The notes below the pieces were generated by a model. The model was not told the origin of the DNA and did not search any database. It saw nothing but the letters and a program-made list of their open reading frames with translations. 64,000 nucleotides of DNA from the human T2T-CHM13v2.0 reference genome, Homo sapiens: assembly GCF_009914755.1 (NCBI RefSeq), contig NC_060938.1; one strand, given 5' to 3'. Numbering within the stretch: position 1 is the stretch's first letter; each line of letters begins with the position of its first letter. Positions 1 to 20,843 of this stretch are shown piece after piece. The position numbers and the translations under genes are program-made.

Positions 1-1124
<1,124 letters not shown>

Positions 1125-1699
1125 CTACACTCATGTTTCCTCAAAATGCACTATGTCTCATGGTACATACAGTGTAAGGGAGGGGAAACAGATAAATGAA
1201 AAGCCAATTTTAATTTAGTGTGGGAAATGCTATAACAGAGTGAGTATAGAATGCTGTCAGGGCACATGAGAGTAGCACATAACCCAGTCAAGATCTAAGG
1301 GTGTATGGGGAGGTGATGGGGAAATTGTTAAGGAGAAGTAACATCTAAGCTGCTGACACCTACTGGGTGAATAGGAATTATCTGATGAACTGAGATGGAA
1401 GAGAAGGAACAATATTTACAAAAGATCAGAAATGAAAGTGAGTAAGCATTCAGGAAACTAAAATTAGTTTGTTTTGGCTGGAATATACAGTGTAAGGAAG
1501 AAATGTCAAAACATAACAGGGGTAAGCATTGGCCAGCTCACTGAAGGTAATATACATCAAAATGAGAACTTTGGATTTTATCCTAAGACCAATGAGAAAT
1601 GTTTGAAAGATTTGACTCAGGAATGATATAATCATTTACATTTTTGAAAGATCAGTATGACCACAGGATAAAGAACACACTGGAGAATAAAGGTCAAGG

Positions 1700-2031
<332 letters not shown>

Positions 2032-3389
2032 TAAAGGGAGGGGACAGATTATAAGAGTACTGCAGGAGTCAAAAGAGGATAGGACGGTGACCTAATCTCA
2101 GACAGTGTTTCTTAAAGTATGGTCTGCAATGAGAAAAGAACAGAAATTGAGAGAAAGCTTTAGAAACTTTTACAGCAATTCAATATTGTGGTAACATCCA
2201 AGCACATGATCAGTTGTCTCTTCTCCTTGAACAAGATATAAACAAGTTTGAGTATTGTAGTACTATCCATTTATACTAGTCATGCACAGTTGAACTGCAT
2301 TAAGATGTAATATTTTAAAGTTGGTTTGTAAACTATAATCAAAAGTAAAAAAAAATTGAGAAAGCATATACTTTATTTTTATAGCTTATTTTCATAATCC
2401 TTTTAAATTGTTAATTAATAGTATAAATTTTGGAAATATAATTTATGTTATTTTTAATCCTAATTTATTTATGACAAAATAAACTTTACTGGACTCCTTT
2501 TCAAGAAAAGATACATCCTTTCTGAATGTAGTCATTGTAAAAAACCAGACGATAGCAATGAAATGTTTCCCAAGAAATGAAGACTAGTCCCTACTAGTTT
2601 TACTCAAAAGTATGAACCTTCATGTATTTTTAATTACATAGCTATAGTTGAGTGTGAAGTACTAAAACCATAGTGTGTTATTTTGCAGAGATATATTGGC
2701 TAATGATGCAATGAAACCATCAAAAATTAAGCATCTTTTGCATACAAAACATAGACCTAAGTTCAAAACCAAAGAATTTTTTAAGCAAATATTATTGAAT
2801 TAAAAATTTTTTTAAAGTAAAGGCTCATTATTCCATGTGAACATATGGAATATGTTCTTATGGAACGTATTTGAGCATTATCTCTTGCTAAACCTAAGCA
2901 TTCAAGTTGCTAAACCTAAAAAAACATATACCATTCTGAGTCATTAGTTAAAGACTGTATCAAAGATGATTTCCAGCAAATCTTGAATGAATCAGTGGCA
3001 ATGAAGATAGCTCAACTACTACTTTTTAATGACTCCATAGCTCAATGTATTAAATAACTAGACCATATGATGGTTGTACAACAGTATGAATTTGCTTAAA
3101 ACCATTGAATTGTACATTTAATGGTGGTTAAGTTGGTAAATTTTCTGCTATATGTATTTTACAATTTAAAAAATGAAAAAAAAAACTAGACCACAGAATA
3201 AAATTAGCAAATTATTTTCCATCAACTTGATGAATGCACAGCTATTGCTAAAATAGCAATTATTTTTGTATATATGCAACCTGCTTTATTTTATTTTTTA
3301 ATTTTATTTTAGGTTCAGGGGTACATGTACGGGTTTGTTATATAGGTAACTTGCATGTCACGGGAGTTTGGTGTACATACTATAATATA

Positions 3390-4830
<1,441 letters not shown>

Positions 4831-4837
4831 GCTGCTG

Positions 4838-5522
4838 TGATATCATTTGGCTCTGTGTCCCACCCAAATCTCATGTCGAATTGTAATTCCCAGTGTTGGG
4901 GGAGGGACCTGGTAGGAGGTGATTGGATCGTTGGGGGGATATTCCCCCCTTACTCTTCTCATAATAGTGGGTTCTCACTAGATCTGATTGTTTGAAAGTG
5001 TGTAGTACTTTGCTGTCTCTCTCTTCTGCCATGTGAAGATGTGCTTGCTTACCCTTCACTCTTTCATCATGATTGTAAGTTTCCTAACACCTTTCCAGCC
5101 ATGCCTCCTATACAGTCTGTGGAACTGTGAGTCAGTTAAACCTCTTTTCTTTAAAAGTTACCCAGTCTTGGGTAGTTTTTTGTTTGTTTGTTTGTTTGTT
5201 TTTAGATGGAGTCTTGCTCTGTCACCCAGGCTGGAGTGCAGTGGCGCGATCTCGGCTCACTGAAAGCTCTGCCTCCCAGGTTCACACCATTCTCCTGCCT
5301 CAGCCTCCTGGGTACCTGGGACTACAGGTGCCCGCCACCACGCCTAGCTAATTTTTTGTATTTTTAGTAGAGACAGGGTTTCACCATGTTAGCCAGAATG
5401 GTCTCAATCTCCTGACCTCATGATCCGCCCACCTCGGCCTCTCAAAGTGCTGGGATTACAGGCGTGGGCTACCGCGCCTGGCCAGGTAGTTCCTTACTGC
5501 AGTGTGAAAATGGACTAATACA
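4838..5522 (+). mobile_element. THE1D/MSTA-type MaLR solo LTR, inserted in an MLT1 LTR and interrupted by AluY
   Basis: TGATAT...ctaataCA termini; 5-bp TSD tgctg at 4833-4837 and 5523-5527. Confidence 0.85.
5177..5483 (-). mobile_element. AluY
   Basis: Reverse Alu with Y-type ttcacaccattctcc and gttagccagaatgg; short ggtagtt duplication. Confidence 0.88.
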
Positions 5523-6055
5523 TGCTGCAACAAATTACCACCAATTTAGTGGCTTAAAACAACAAACACTTATTCATTATCCTGTAGTTCTGGAAGTCAG
5601 AAGTCCAGAATCAGCCTCACTAAAGTAAAGACGTCCAGGTTGCCTCTTGATGCTCTGGAGAATCTGTTTTCTTTGACTTTGCCAGCTTCTAGAGCCCACC
5701 TACATTCTTTAGCTAATGGCCTGTTCCTCCATCTTCAAATCTAGCAGCATAGGATCTTCTAATCTTAGTATCTCTCTTCATCTCTCTCTCTCTCTCTCTT
5801 TCTCTCTCTCCCTCCTTCCATCCCTCCCTCCCTCCCCCCTTTAGTTATCACATTGCCTTCTTTGTCTTCAACCCTCCTGCCTCTCTCTAATAAGGACTCC
5901 TGTAATGACATTGACCCACCCAGATAATTCAGGATAAACTCCCACATTACAAGATCTTTAGCCTAATAATATATGTGAACTCTCTTTTGCCATGTGAAGT
6001 AACACATCTAAAAGTTACAGAAATTATAATATAGACATCTTGGGATGGCCATCTT
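5523..6055. mobile_element. MLT1 (MaLR) LTR
   Basis: aaattaccaccaatttagtggcttaaaacaaca...gacccacccagataattcaggataa, typical of MLT1. Confidence 0.75.
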
Positions 6056-6864
6056 TCAGCAGCCTACCAGCCCATCAGAGAGAGACATTACAGTAAAGCA
6101 AGAAAACAAAGCAAGAATAAACTCTGTGCTACTGGTTAGAGTCAGAGACACCCTTATAAATTCATATTTAGTGTAATATATACACAGATATAGAAATAAG
6201 TATGGACACGTGTATATACATGCATAATATATGTATAAAGACATATATTATGTAGTTTTGTCTGCCAAAAGTGCCTAGAAGCAATAAGCACTCAGCATCC
6301 AGATCTTGGTTTTAAAATACCATTCTTCAATAAAAGGTAGTAGGGCTCCTTCAAGAAATGACTGTTTCTAGGGCTGGGACAAGGAAAATACAGAATGAAC
6401 CCAGCGAATTTTGTAGTACCAAAAAGTACTCAAAACTCAAAAGGATAGAAACACATGAAGGTGATACAAGAGCCAATCTAAAAGAGCTCTCAAGATCAGC
6501 TGGCACAATTTGAGCAAGAAAATAATAGGGTAGTATTGGATTATAACCCAAACTATGAAATAAATATATGTAAGTACACACTGGTGTTAATAAATGACTG
6601 AATAAATAAACAGAAAAGGGGAGACAAATTTTCCTTACAGATGACTTCCAAATAATGTATGTATATACTCCCCCAGGAGGTGGAGCTTAATCCCCTTTCC
6701 CCAAAGGTGGCCTAGACTTAGTGACTTACTTCCTAAGAATATTAGGGAAAAGGGAAAATAGTAACTTTACAGTGGCGAAACATGGCAAACACTACATTGA
6801 CCAAGTGATGAAGACTAACATCACCAGTGATGTCATGTGATATTGTTTACCTCTGATATGATGC

Positions 6865-7253
6865 TGATATGGTTTGGATTTGTGTCCCCACCCACATCTC
6901 ATGTCGCATTGTAATCCCCAGTGTTGGAGGTGGGGCCTGGTGGGAGTTGATAAGATCATGAAGGCAGAATTCTCCCTTTGGTGCTGTTCTCATGATAAGA
7001 GTTTTTTATGAGATCTGGTTGTTGAAAAGTGTATAGCACCTCTGCCCTCTCTCTCTCTCTCTTCCTTCTGCTCCAACCATCTAAAACATGCCTGCTTCTC
7101 CTTCGCTTTCCGCCAAAGTTTCCTGAAGCCTCCCCAGAAGCCATTGTGCTTCCTGTGAAGCCTGCAAGACCATGAGCCAATTAAACCTCTTTTATTTATA
7201 AATTATGCAGTCCCAGGTATTTCTTTATAGCAGTGCGAAAATTGACTAATACA
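6865..7253 (+). mobile_element. MSTA solo LTR inside an L1MC 3'UTR (about 6080-7710)
   Basis: tgatatggtttggatttgtgtcccc...gactaataca; TSD gatgc/gatgt. Confidence 0.85.
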
Positions 7254-7858
7254 GATGTATTGAGAAAGGCACTTCATCTGCATGGTCTGTTTCCCCAAAA
7301 TCCATTACTACAGTCTAATCATGCAGAAAAACATCAAACCCTGAATGGGGATCATTCTACACAATACTCCTCTGGACTGTCAAGGTCATAAAAAAAACAA
7401 GAAAAGACAGAAACTTTCACAGACTCGGATGGAGAGACATGACATCTAAATGAAATGTTGTACACTGGATCAGATCCTGAAAGAAAGAAAGGGCATTAAT
7501 GGAAAATTGGTGAAATCCAAATAAAATCTGGAATTTAGTTACTAACAACATGTTAGTTAAGTAGTTAGCTTCTTAATGTACCATGGAGATGGAAATAGAA
7601 GTTGTTAACAGTGGGGGAAACTGGTAAGGAATATGTGGAGATTCTCTATATTATCTTTGAAATTTTTCTGTAAATATAAAATTATTCCAAAATAAAAGTT
7701 TATTTTTTAAAAAAATGGCTTACCTGATATTTCTGATCACCTGAATGATCTCATTCAAAAATACCAAGGCCTACATTAATTATATTAATGTACTGAAAAT
7801 GTATATAGATTCAAAACAAAAGACAACTTTTAAAAAGTAAGCTTAAAGTGGTTTACTA

Positions 7859-8165
7859 GGCTGGGTGTGGTGGTTCACACCTGTAATCCCAACACTTTGG
7901 GAGGCCAAGGTGTACGGATCACTTGAGCTCAAGAGTTCAAAACCAGCCTGGCCAGATGGCAAAACCCCATCTCTACAAAAACAAACAAACAAAAAATTAG
8001 CTGGGCGTGGTGGCACACATCTGCAGTCCCAGCTACTCAAGAGGCACAAAAGTGGCTTGAGCCCAGGAGCCAGAGGTCACAGTGAGTAGAGACCATGCCA
8101 CTGCACTCCAACCTGGGCGACAGACCGAGAGACTCTGTTTCAAAAAAACTAACAAACAAAAAACA
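7859..8165 (+). mobile_element. AluJ
   Basis: Alu dimer with J-type features. Confidence 0.88.
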
Positions 8166-8667
8166 GTGGTTCACTAGTAATGTTTAGTCAGGTTTATTAT
8201 TTGAATCCTGAAGATTTATTAAGACTAGTAGAGCAATACTGGTATATGCTTGAGGGAAATCTTAGCCATTTTTTTATACTTGATATAAGAAAGTTTGATT
8301 CACTATTAATGTACTGTTAAAAGTTTCCTCACAAGACCCTTTAACATTACATTTGTCAATGACAGGAAAAGAAGAGCTATGAGACTTAAGGCATAATCAC
8401 ACCCTAAGCACAATCCATAAAAACTGATTTATCCAAGCTCTCATTAATAGAAAGATGTCCAACTATTATTATAGTAAAATATAAAAATATAGAAAAGGCA
8501 ATATATACCTTCTACCACTTGCTACCATGTACATTGCAAAGAAAACTTCTCATCACTGGTGATTATCTAGAAGTTGAAGAGATCATTACTTGAAGTTTCC
8601 ATCAGGAATTGTATGAACCAAACCAAGCAAAAAAACTAGTATTAAAAGTTACATATTTAAAATTTAT

Positions 8668-9001
<334 letters not shown>

Positions 9002-9399
9002 TTATTGAAAATTTGGTCCAAGTAGATGTGGTCAGTGAAAAGAAAAAAAAAGAAAAAAAGGAAAATATTTTATTTACAAATTTTATAGAAATTTAAAATT
9101 TAATACATTTGAATTTTTGTTATGAATTTAATCATATTGTTATATTTTTCTTCTAATAAAAAAATAAGACATTTTTCAACAAAATCTATACAGATGCCTC
9201 CAAATCCCTTCTAGTTTACTCCACTATGTCAAACATCATTTTCTTAATGTACCATTTTCTAAGCACTGCCTTAAAGAACAGCACGTCTGTTCAGTTGATG
9301 AATCTCTATAATATCCTGGTGAAATTAAGTTACTCTAATTCAGTTTCTCCTCCAAGAATTGTTCTTAAAGATGAATATATTTAGAGCTTTAAAACTTTA

Positions 9400-10134
<735 letters not shown>

Positions 10135-11758
10135 TTCTATTTTTCATAATAGTATTTACTACAACCACCAACTCAATTTACCCCTTGGTTTAATAAGATC
10201 TTCTCATATTTTTTAGAATAAAATTTGCCATCATTCTGAGGTTTGACTTTGGCTGCTTACTTTTTCCTAGGGTCTTGAAAGATAATATTAAGAAAACTAC
10301 CACACTGGTTATGTTCTAACAGTATAACTAGAAATCCAAAGAAGTGGTTTACTAAAAGGCTAGATTAACACAGTTTTATCCTCAATTATATATTTTTCTA
10401 TAAAACAGGAAAGTATAAACATCAAATACATGAAAAAACTGCATTGAAAAATTAAATCTAAACACTCAAGAAGAATTAGGCACTGTATTCACTAATCTAA
10501 ACAGAATTTAATCTTTCTTGCATTATATTTTCATGGGTTTAAATAAGAAAGCAATTATTTTCACTTTCCTACTTTGACATAATAACCCCACAAAACAGCC
10601 TGGCATAAAAGTACTGACTTGGTGGCAAGAGACCCAGACTTAAGCCTAGGCTTACCACTTACCAGCTGTATGACCTTATTCATCTTCAAACCCTTGTACG
10701 GCTATATCCAATACTAGAGAAGGTGTCCCATAAACACTTATGACTTTAGGAAGTAAAGTTCTCCTCTTTGCTTGCCTGTGCTACAGCAACAGGCAAATAA
10801 ATAAAAGGAAGGATATAGTTCTCCCTCCCAATAGTTCAACCATCTGGCAGGGCAAACAGAAAATGACCACACCAGAAAAGGAGTACAAAGAGAAGCAAAA
10901 CTGGAGAAAATGAAAAGGATAGGGGGCTTATCCCCTCACTGGGATTCCATATATCCTGGGAAGCATTGCTTTTTCCGTATCCACACTGGCCAACTATGTA
11001 CTCTCCCATTCAGTGGGACCATGCTCTAAAATCCCATCACCCTGGATCTATTTCTATATTTATCTGCTGAGATTCTGGTGTAACCTCCTCTACAGCCATC
11101 CTGCCCTGAGCAAAGATAAACAGGACCATGAAGCTTTTTCTGTTTGTTTGTTTGTTTATCCTATCAATATAAATATGTAAATGCATGAAAAAAATGTGAG
11201 AATCTAATCTTATAAATCTAAAGTAAGCAGGTATAGAAAAATATGCGTTCAGAGAATTGTAATCAACAACAGAATAATGTTTATTCATTAAATATTTATT
11301 GTGTACTATAAATTGACACTACACTAGAATTAGGCACACATTTTAGAAAGACATATTTTCTATCTAGAAGACACCACAGTATCGTAGGAGATCTTTATAA
11401 TTTACAAATCACTTATACATTACATAATAAAAATGTATACATACGATTGCTTTATCCAGAACACAGTTCCCAATAAACACTGATGAAACTATGTATAGAC
11501 TGAGATTTCAGTGTCTTTCTTGGTTTTTTAAGCAAGTTTATCTATGGGCTAAAAAATACCCTATCATCCAGTAAAAAGGTTACAATTCAAACCTCAACAA
11601 GTGTTTTCCAACCGGACCTTAACTGTGGCCTGGCCAGAAAGTGTTAGTAATAAAGCACTCAAAGTCAAACCTACTGCATTGCTTGTCCAAGAACAGACTA
11701 AACTGCGTATCAAGAAAATTTCCTTTAATACTATCCATTTGTCAAAACAAAGGTTACA

Positions 11759-12362
<604 letters not shown>

Positions 12363-12479
12363 GAGGTTACACAAATATGCTTGGGTATGCCATAGATACA
12401 CTTACCCTCTATTGTAGCTTTAGTATCATTCTAAAATTATTTTTAAATGTCCATTTTGAAAGGTAATCCATGGAGTAAG

Positions 12480-13000
12480 GAGTCAACCTGAAAAGGTACA
12501 TACTCTGATTCCAATTTTATGACATTCTGAAAAAGGCAAAAGTATAGAAACAGTAAAAAGATAGTGGTTTCTAGCAAGGAAGCCCTGGGAGGCATAAGAA
12601 AAAAAAATTTTTAATTAAAAAATGAAAAAAGATAGTGGTTTCCAGGGGTGAGGGAGGAGGGGAGATAAGGACACACAGGTAGAACACATAGGATTGTACA
12701 GCAATGAAACGATTCTGTATGATAGTTTAATAAATACATGTCAGTATACATTTGTCAAAACCCATAAAATGTACAACACTAAGAGTGAACTCCAATATAA
12801 ACCATGGACTTGGAGTGATAAGGATGTGTCAATGTAGGCTCATGAATTATAGGAAGTGTACCACTCTGGGATGGGACATTGATAATGGGGAAGGTTGGGC
12901 ATAAGGTTGGTGAAGAGGTATATAGAAACCCTCTGTACTTTCTATTCAATATTGCTGTGAACCTGAAACTGCTTTAAAAGACAAAGCCTATTTTTAAAAT
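12480..13000 (+). mobile_element. Old L1M 3'UTR fragment
   Basis: gattccaattttatgacattctgaaaaaggc...ctgtgaacctgaaactgct. Confidence 0.75.
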
Positions 13001-13439
13001 AACTTTTTTAAATGTAACCCAATAATAATATTGGCCAAAGCTGCACAACTAGGTTTACTTTCCTCTGGGCAGTGACAAACAGAAGCAGACAAGGTAAGTT
13101 TTCCACAAGGCCTTTTGCTAATAGAGAAGCAGTATGTGGACCAATATGTTGAGGCTCACATTCCTCAAATGATATGCTCTTTCATCTTCTCTTTTCTCCT
13201 ATCATTTGCCTCCCCCACTGTGGACACATGAAACAGATACCTAATCTTTTCCCCTCTCTGCCACCATGAATAAAAAGATTCAAGCTGAACACAATAGTTG
13301 GCAAAGTCTAGAAGATGCTGGCATTATTAAAACTGTCTCTGCAAAGGCAATGCCCAAAGGAACCCCATTCTCCCAGGCCTAATCCAAAGGCAAAGTTGTT
13401 TTAACAGATTAGAAAAGAAAGTTGAAGGAGCAGAGTCAC

Positions 13440-13890
13440 AACAGAACCTAGGTCCCTGAGTGCCAGTTTCGGGCTCTCTGCAGCAGCTCTGCCATGGTTG
13501 ATTAGCAGGAGTTGGAGTCCCCTGAGAGCCAATTAGAGGAGGAAGTCAGGGTGGGGGAGGGAGGAGTGATTCCATCAACTCCCCATTAAAAGTGAGTGGA
13601 TCCCACAGCACAGAGAGACAGTGACTCAAACTGTTGCATCAGCCAAAGTTCCAATACTAACTCCCTAAACGTGAGGAAGGGCAAAGGGAAGGAGGGAGGG
13701 AGGAAAGTGAGGTGTCTCACACTCTGGCAAGCTTCCACTTCCTATCTCAAGCGAATAGATCTCTTCATTAGCCATGAAGAAAACCCCAACACACTATGAG
13801 AGGAATTAGCCAGGGGGCTGCTGACACACAGCCAGGCTGCCAATTCAGAATCACTCTTGTCAAGTCAGATCCCATGTGACTCATTGTCTT
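13440..13890. promoter_or_regulatory. Candidate enhancer with a composite Lhx2/Ebf motif
   Basis: Minus strand CTAATTGG-C-TCTCAGGGGA at 13518-13536; further homeodomain cores (TAATGA at 13765-13770, CTAATT at about 13804-13809); AP-1 TGACTCA at 13622 and 13877; no repeat recognised in this island. Confidence 0.4.
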
Positions 13891-15293
13891 TTGTGTAGAA
13901 AAGTAAAACTTTCATGACTACCCTCCCTCCATCTCAAACTTATAAAATAACTGATGATTTTCCAAACATGTTCACAAACACTACTTGATTGATTTCTACA
14001 AAATCACTGAGTTTTTCCAGGTTTGTGTAAGTATTTTCATCTAGGAATTTAAAGAAGTTAATAATGAAGTTCAAGAGATTTTCCTAAAATCACACAGGCA
14101 GTGTTATTTGTGTATTTTTAAGCAATATACCACTATGCTTATATAGATAGAATATCTCCGGAAGAAAACAATAAAATGGAGTCGTTACTCCAGTAAGGGA
14201 AGTAGAGGTCAGGCGTGAAAATGAAGTTTTTTCTCTGTATAGTTTTTAATAACTTTTCAATTTTACACCATTGTATATATAACTTCCTGAAATAAATGAA
14301 AAAGAAAGTTACAATTAGGGAGCAGAAAACTATAATCCAATTCTCTTTCCCGCTGTACAGCACCATCTCCTATGGGGGGGGGGTAAGGAGTAAGAACAGT
14401 TTTCCTTTTCCTGTATCTTCCCACATATGCCCTATTCCATCACCTCCCTATCCACTTATAGATGCAAAATTTTCTGTGAGCACTTTCCCATTGTTGCCTG
14501 CTCTATGCAAACCTGCCAGGAGCTGAGAGTGTGCTGAGAAAACCAACCAAGTCCTAGGAAAATTTAAAATGTGACTCTGATTTATACAGAGACTAATTCT
14601 AACAACATAATTTTCATTTGAAATTAAAAATAGCATTTTTGTCCAAATGTCTTCTGAGAATAGATAAACTAACACTTCAGCATAAAAGATCAAGATTAGA
14701 AAGAATGAAGGCAGTAAACTTGCCAGTAACAGGCACTGTGCTTCCCCAGTACTCAACAGGCTGATGGGTCACTGACAGACGAGGAGGAACAACCTGTCCT
14801 AGATATGATTAAAGGAGATTCTTGGCTTGATGGAGAGACAGGCTCCCACAAAAAGAAAAATGAGAGGATGTTATGGTCATGTATTACTAATAGTTTAGAG
14901 GAGAAAATTTGAAAATGTAAATGAAATGGATAAATTACTATAAAAATACAAAATATTAAAACTGACTCAAGAGAAAAATTGAATGATTCAAACCAATAAA
15001 CATCAAAGAATTTAAATCAGTAGTTAACCTTTCTATTAACAAAATGTGCAGTACTGATGACTTTACAGGTAAATTCTACCAAAAAAAAAGAGAAGACAAT
15101 TTCATATAAACTCTTCAAATAATCACACAGAGGAAACACTCTTTACTCATTGTATGAGGCAAGCTTACATTTGATACCAAAACCAAACTAGAATACACTA
15201 AGCAATAAAAACTAAACTAAAATCACTTGTCACCCACACACACATAAACCTAGTTAAATGAATACAGCAGTGTATAAGAATATATATAACCTA

Positions 15294-18506
<3,213 letters not shown>

Positions 18507-19713
18507 TCATTCATTGATTGAAAGTTGAGTACTCTTATTCACTGCATTGACAGGTTAAGGAACAGAAAACAATCATTTGCCATGTCAATAAATACAGAAA
18601 AAGCATTAGATAGAAAAAGATAAATTAGGTAAAATTTAAAATTTTTGCTAAAAGCTCATAACAAACTTAGTGTCTAAGAGCAATTGTATATAAAGCCACA
18701 TAACAAACATCTTAATTTGACAAGAAAATGTTGAAAGTATTTTCCTTAAGGACAGAAACAAGACAAAGACGCTTGCTATCACCATTTCTATTCAGCATAC
18801 TAGAGGTCCTAACTAGTACAGGGGAAAAAAACTAAACAAAAGCTAAAAGGATTGCAGAAGACCCCAAGTGGTCATTATTTATATACAGAAAACCCAAAGG
18901 AATCATCAAATTATTAGAATGAAAGAGTTCTAAAAAGGCTATAGCTGCAAAAACTAAATAAAATACTAATTGTATTTCTATTCTGAAGCACAGTTAGAAA
19001 ATTTAATTCTTAAAAATGATACTACTTACGATAGCAGCATAAACTATAAAGTGGCCAGGAATAAATCCAATAAAAGCCATAAACAAACTTTCTGGAGAAA
19101 GTATACTATTATATCAAAAGACTAAACCAGAAAGAAATAGAAATCCTGAACATAACAATTTGAAAAAGTAGTAAAATTGAATCAGTAATAAAAAGCTTCC
19201 CAAGAACAACTAAAAATCCCAGAACTAGATGAACTCACAGCTGAATTCTATCTAATGCAGAAAGAATGACTGGTACCACTCCTACTGAAACTGCTCCAAA
19301 ATATCAAGAAGGAGAAAATCTTCCCTAATTCATTCTATGGAGTCAGTATCCTCTTGATACTAAAGCCAGGTAAGGACACAACTAAAAAAGAAAACTACAG
19401 ATCAATATCTCTGATGAATATAGATGCAAAAATCCTCAGCAAAATACTAGCAAACCAAATCCAACAGTACATCAAAAAGATGATACATTATGATCAACTG
19501 GGTTCTATTGCAGAGATGCAAGGATGGCTCAACATATGTAAATCAATAAATGTGATTCATCACATAGACAGAATTAAAAAACAAAAACCCTACGATCATC
19601 TCAACAAATGTGGAAAAGAATTTGATAAAATTCAGCCTCCCTTCATGATAAAAACCCTCAACACACTAGACAGAAGAAACATACCTCAAAATAATAAAGG
19701 ACATTTTTGCCAA

Positions 19714-20681
19714 TGTGGGGAAAAGAAAGAGAGATCAGATTTTTACTGTGTCTGTGTAGAAAGAAGTAGACATAGGAGACTCCATTTTGTTCTGTACTAA
19801 GAAAAATTCTTCAGCCTTGGGATGCTGTTAATCTATAACCTTACCCCCAACCCCGTGCTCTCTGAAACATGTGCTGTGTCCACTCAGGGTTAAATGGATT
19901 AAGGGCGGTGCAAGATGTGCTTTGTTAAACAGATGCTTGAAGGCAGCATGCTGGTTAAGAGTCATCACCACTCCCTAATCTCAAGTACCCAGGGACACAA
20001 ACACTGTGGAAGGCCGCAGGGACCGCTGCCTAGGAAAGCCAGGTATTGTCCAAGGTTTCTCCCCATGTGACAGTCTGAAATATGGCCTCGTGGGAAGGGA
20101 AAGACCTGACCGACCCCCAGCCCGACACCCGTAAATGGTCTGTGCTGAGGAGGATTAGTATAAGAGGAAGGAATGCCTCTTTGCAGTTGAGACAAGAGGA
20201 AGGCATCTGTCTCCTGCCCCTCCCTGGGCAATGGAATGTCTCGGTATAAAACCCGATTGTATGTTCCATCTACTGAGATAGGGGGAAACTGCCTTAGGGA
20301 TGGAGGTGGGACATGCAGCAGCAATACTGCTCTGTAAGGCATTGAGATGTTTATGTGTATGCATATCTAAAGCACAGCACTTAATTCTTTACCTTGTCTA
20401 TGATGCAGAGACCTTTGTTCACGTGTTTATCTGCTGACCTTCTCTCCACTATTATCCTATGACCCTTGACAAATCCCCCTCTCTGAGAAACACCCAAGAA
20501 TTATCAATAAATACTAAGGGAACTCAGAGGCTGGCGGGATCCTCCGTATGCTGAACGCTGGTCCCCTGGGTCTCCTTATTTCTTTCTCTATACTTTGTCT
20601 CTGTGTCTTTTTCTTTTCCAAGTCTCCCGTTCCACCTAATGAGAAACACCCACAGGTGTGGAGGGGCAACCCACCCCTTCA
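19714..20681 (+). mobile_element. HERV-K(HML-2) solo LTR (LTR5, 968 bp)
   Basis: TGTGGGGAAAAG...CCACCCCTTCA termini; 6-bp TSD tgccaa at 19708-19713 and 20682-20687; TATAAAA near 20246; AATAAA near 20506. Confidence 0.96.
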
Positions 20682-20843
20682 TGCCAAACCACAGCCAACA
20701 TCATACTGAATGTGGAAAAGTTGAAAGCAATTCACCTAAGAACTTAAGTAAGACAAGGATGCCAACTTCCACCACTTTTATTTAACATAGTATTAGATGT
20801 CACAGCCAGAGCAACCAGGCAAAAGAACGAAATAAAAGGCATC

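Noticed and set aside
13805-13820. CTCF-like agccagggggctg
   Set aside because: The 5' half of the motif matches poorly
19354-19800. 148-aa ORF fusing L1 RT to LTR sequence
   Set aside because: Incidental read-through across the insertion junction; non-ATG start
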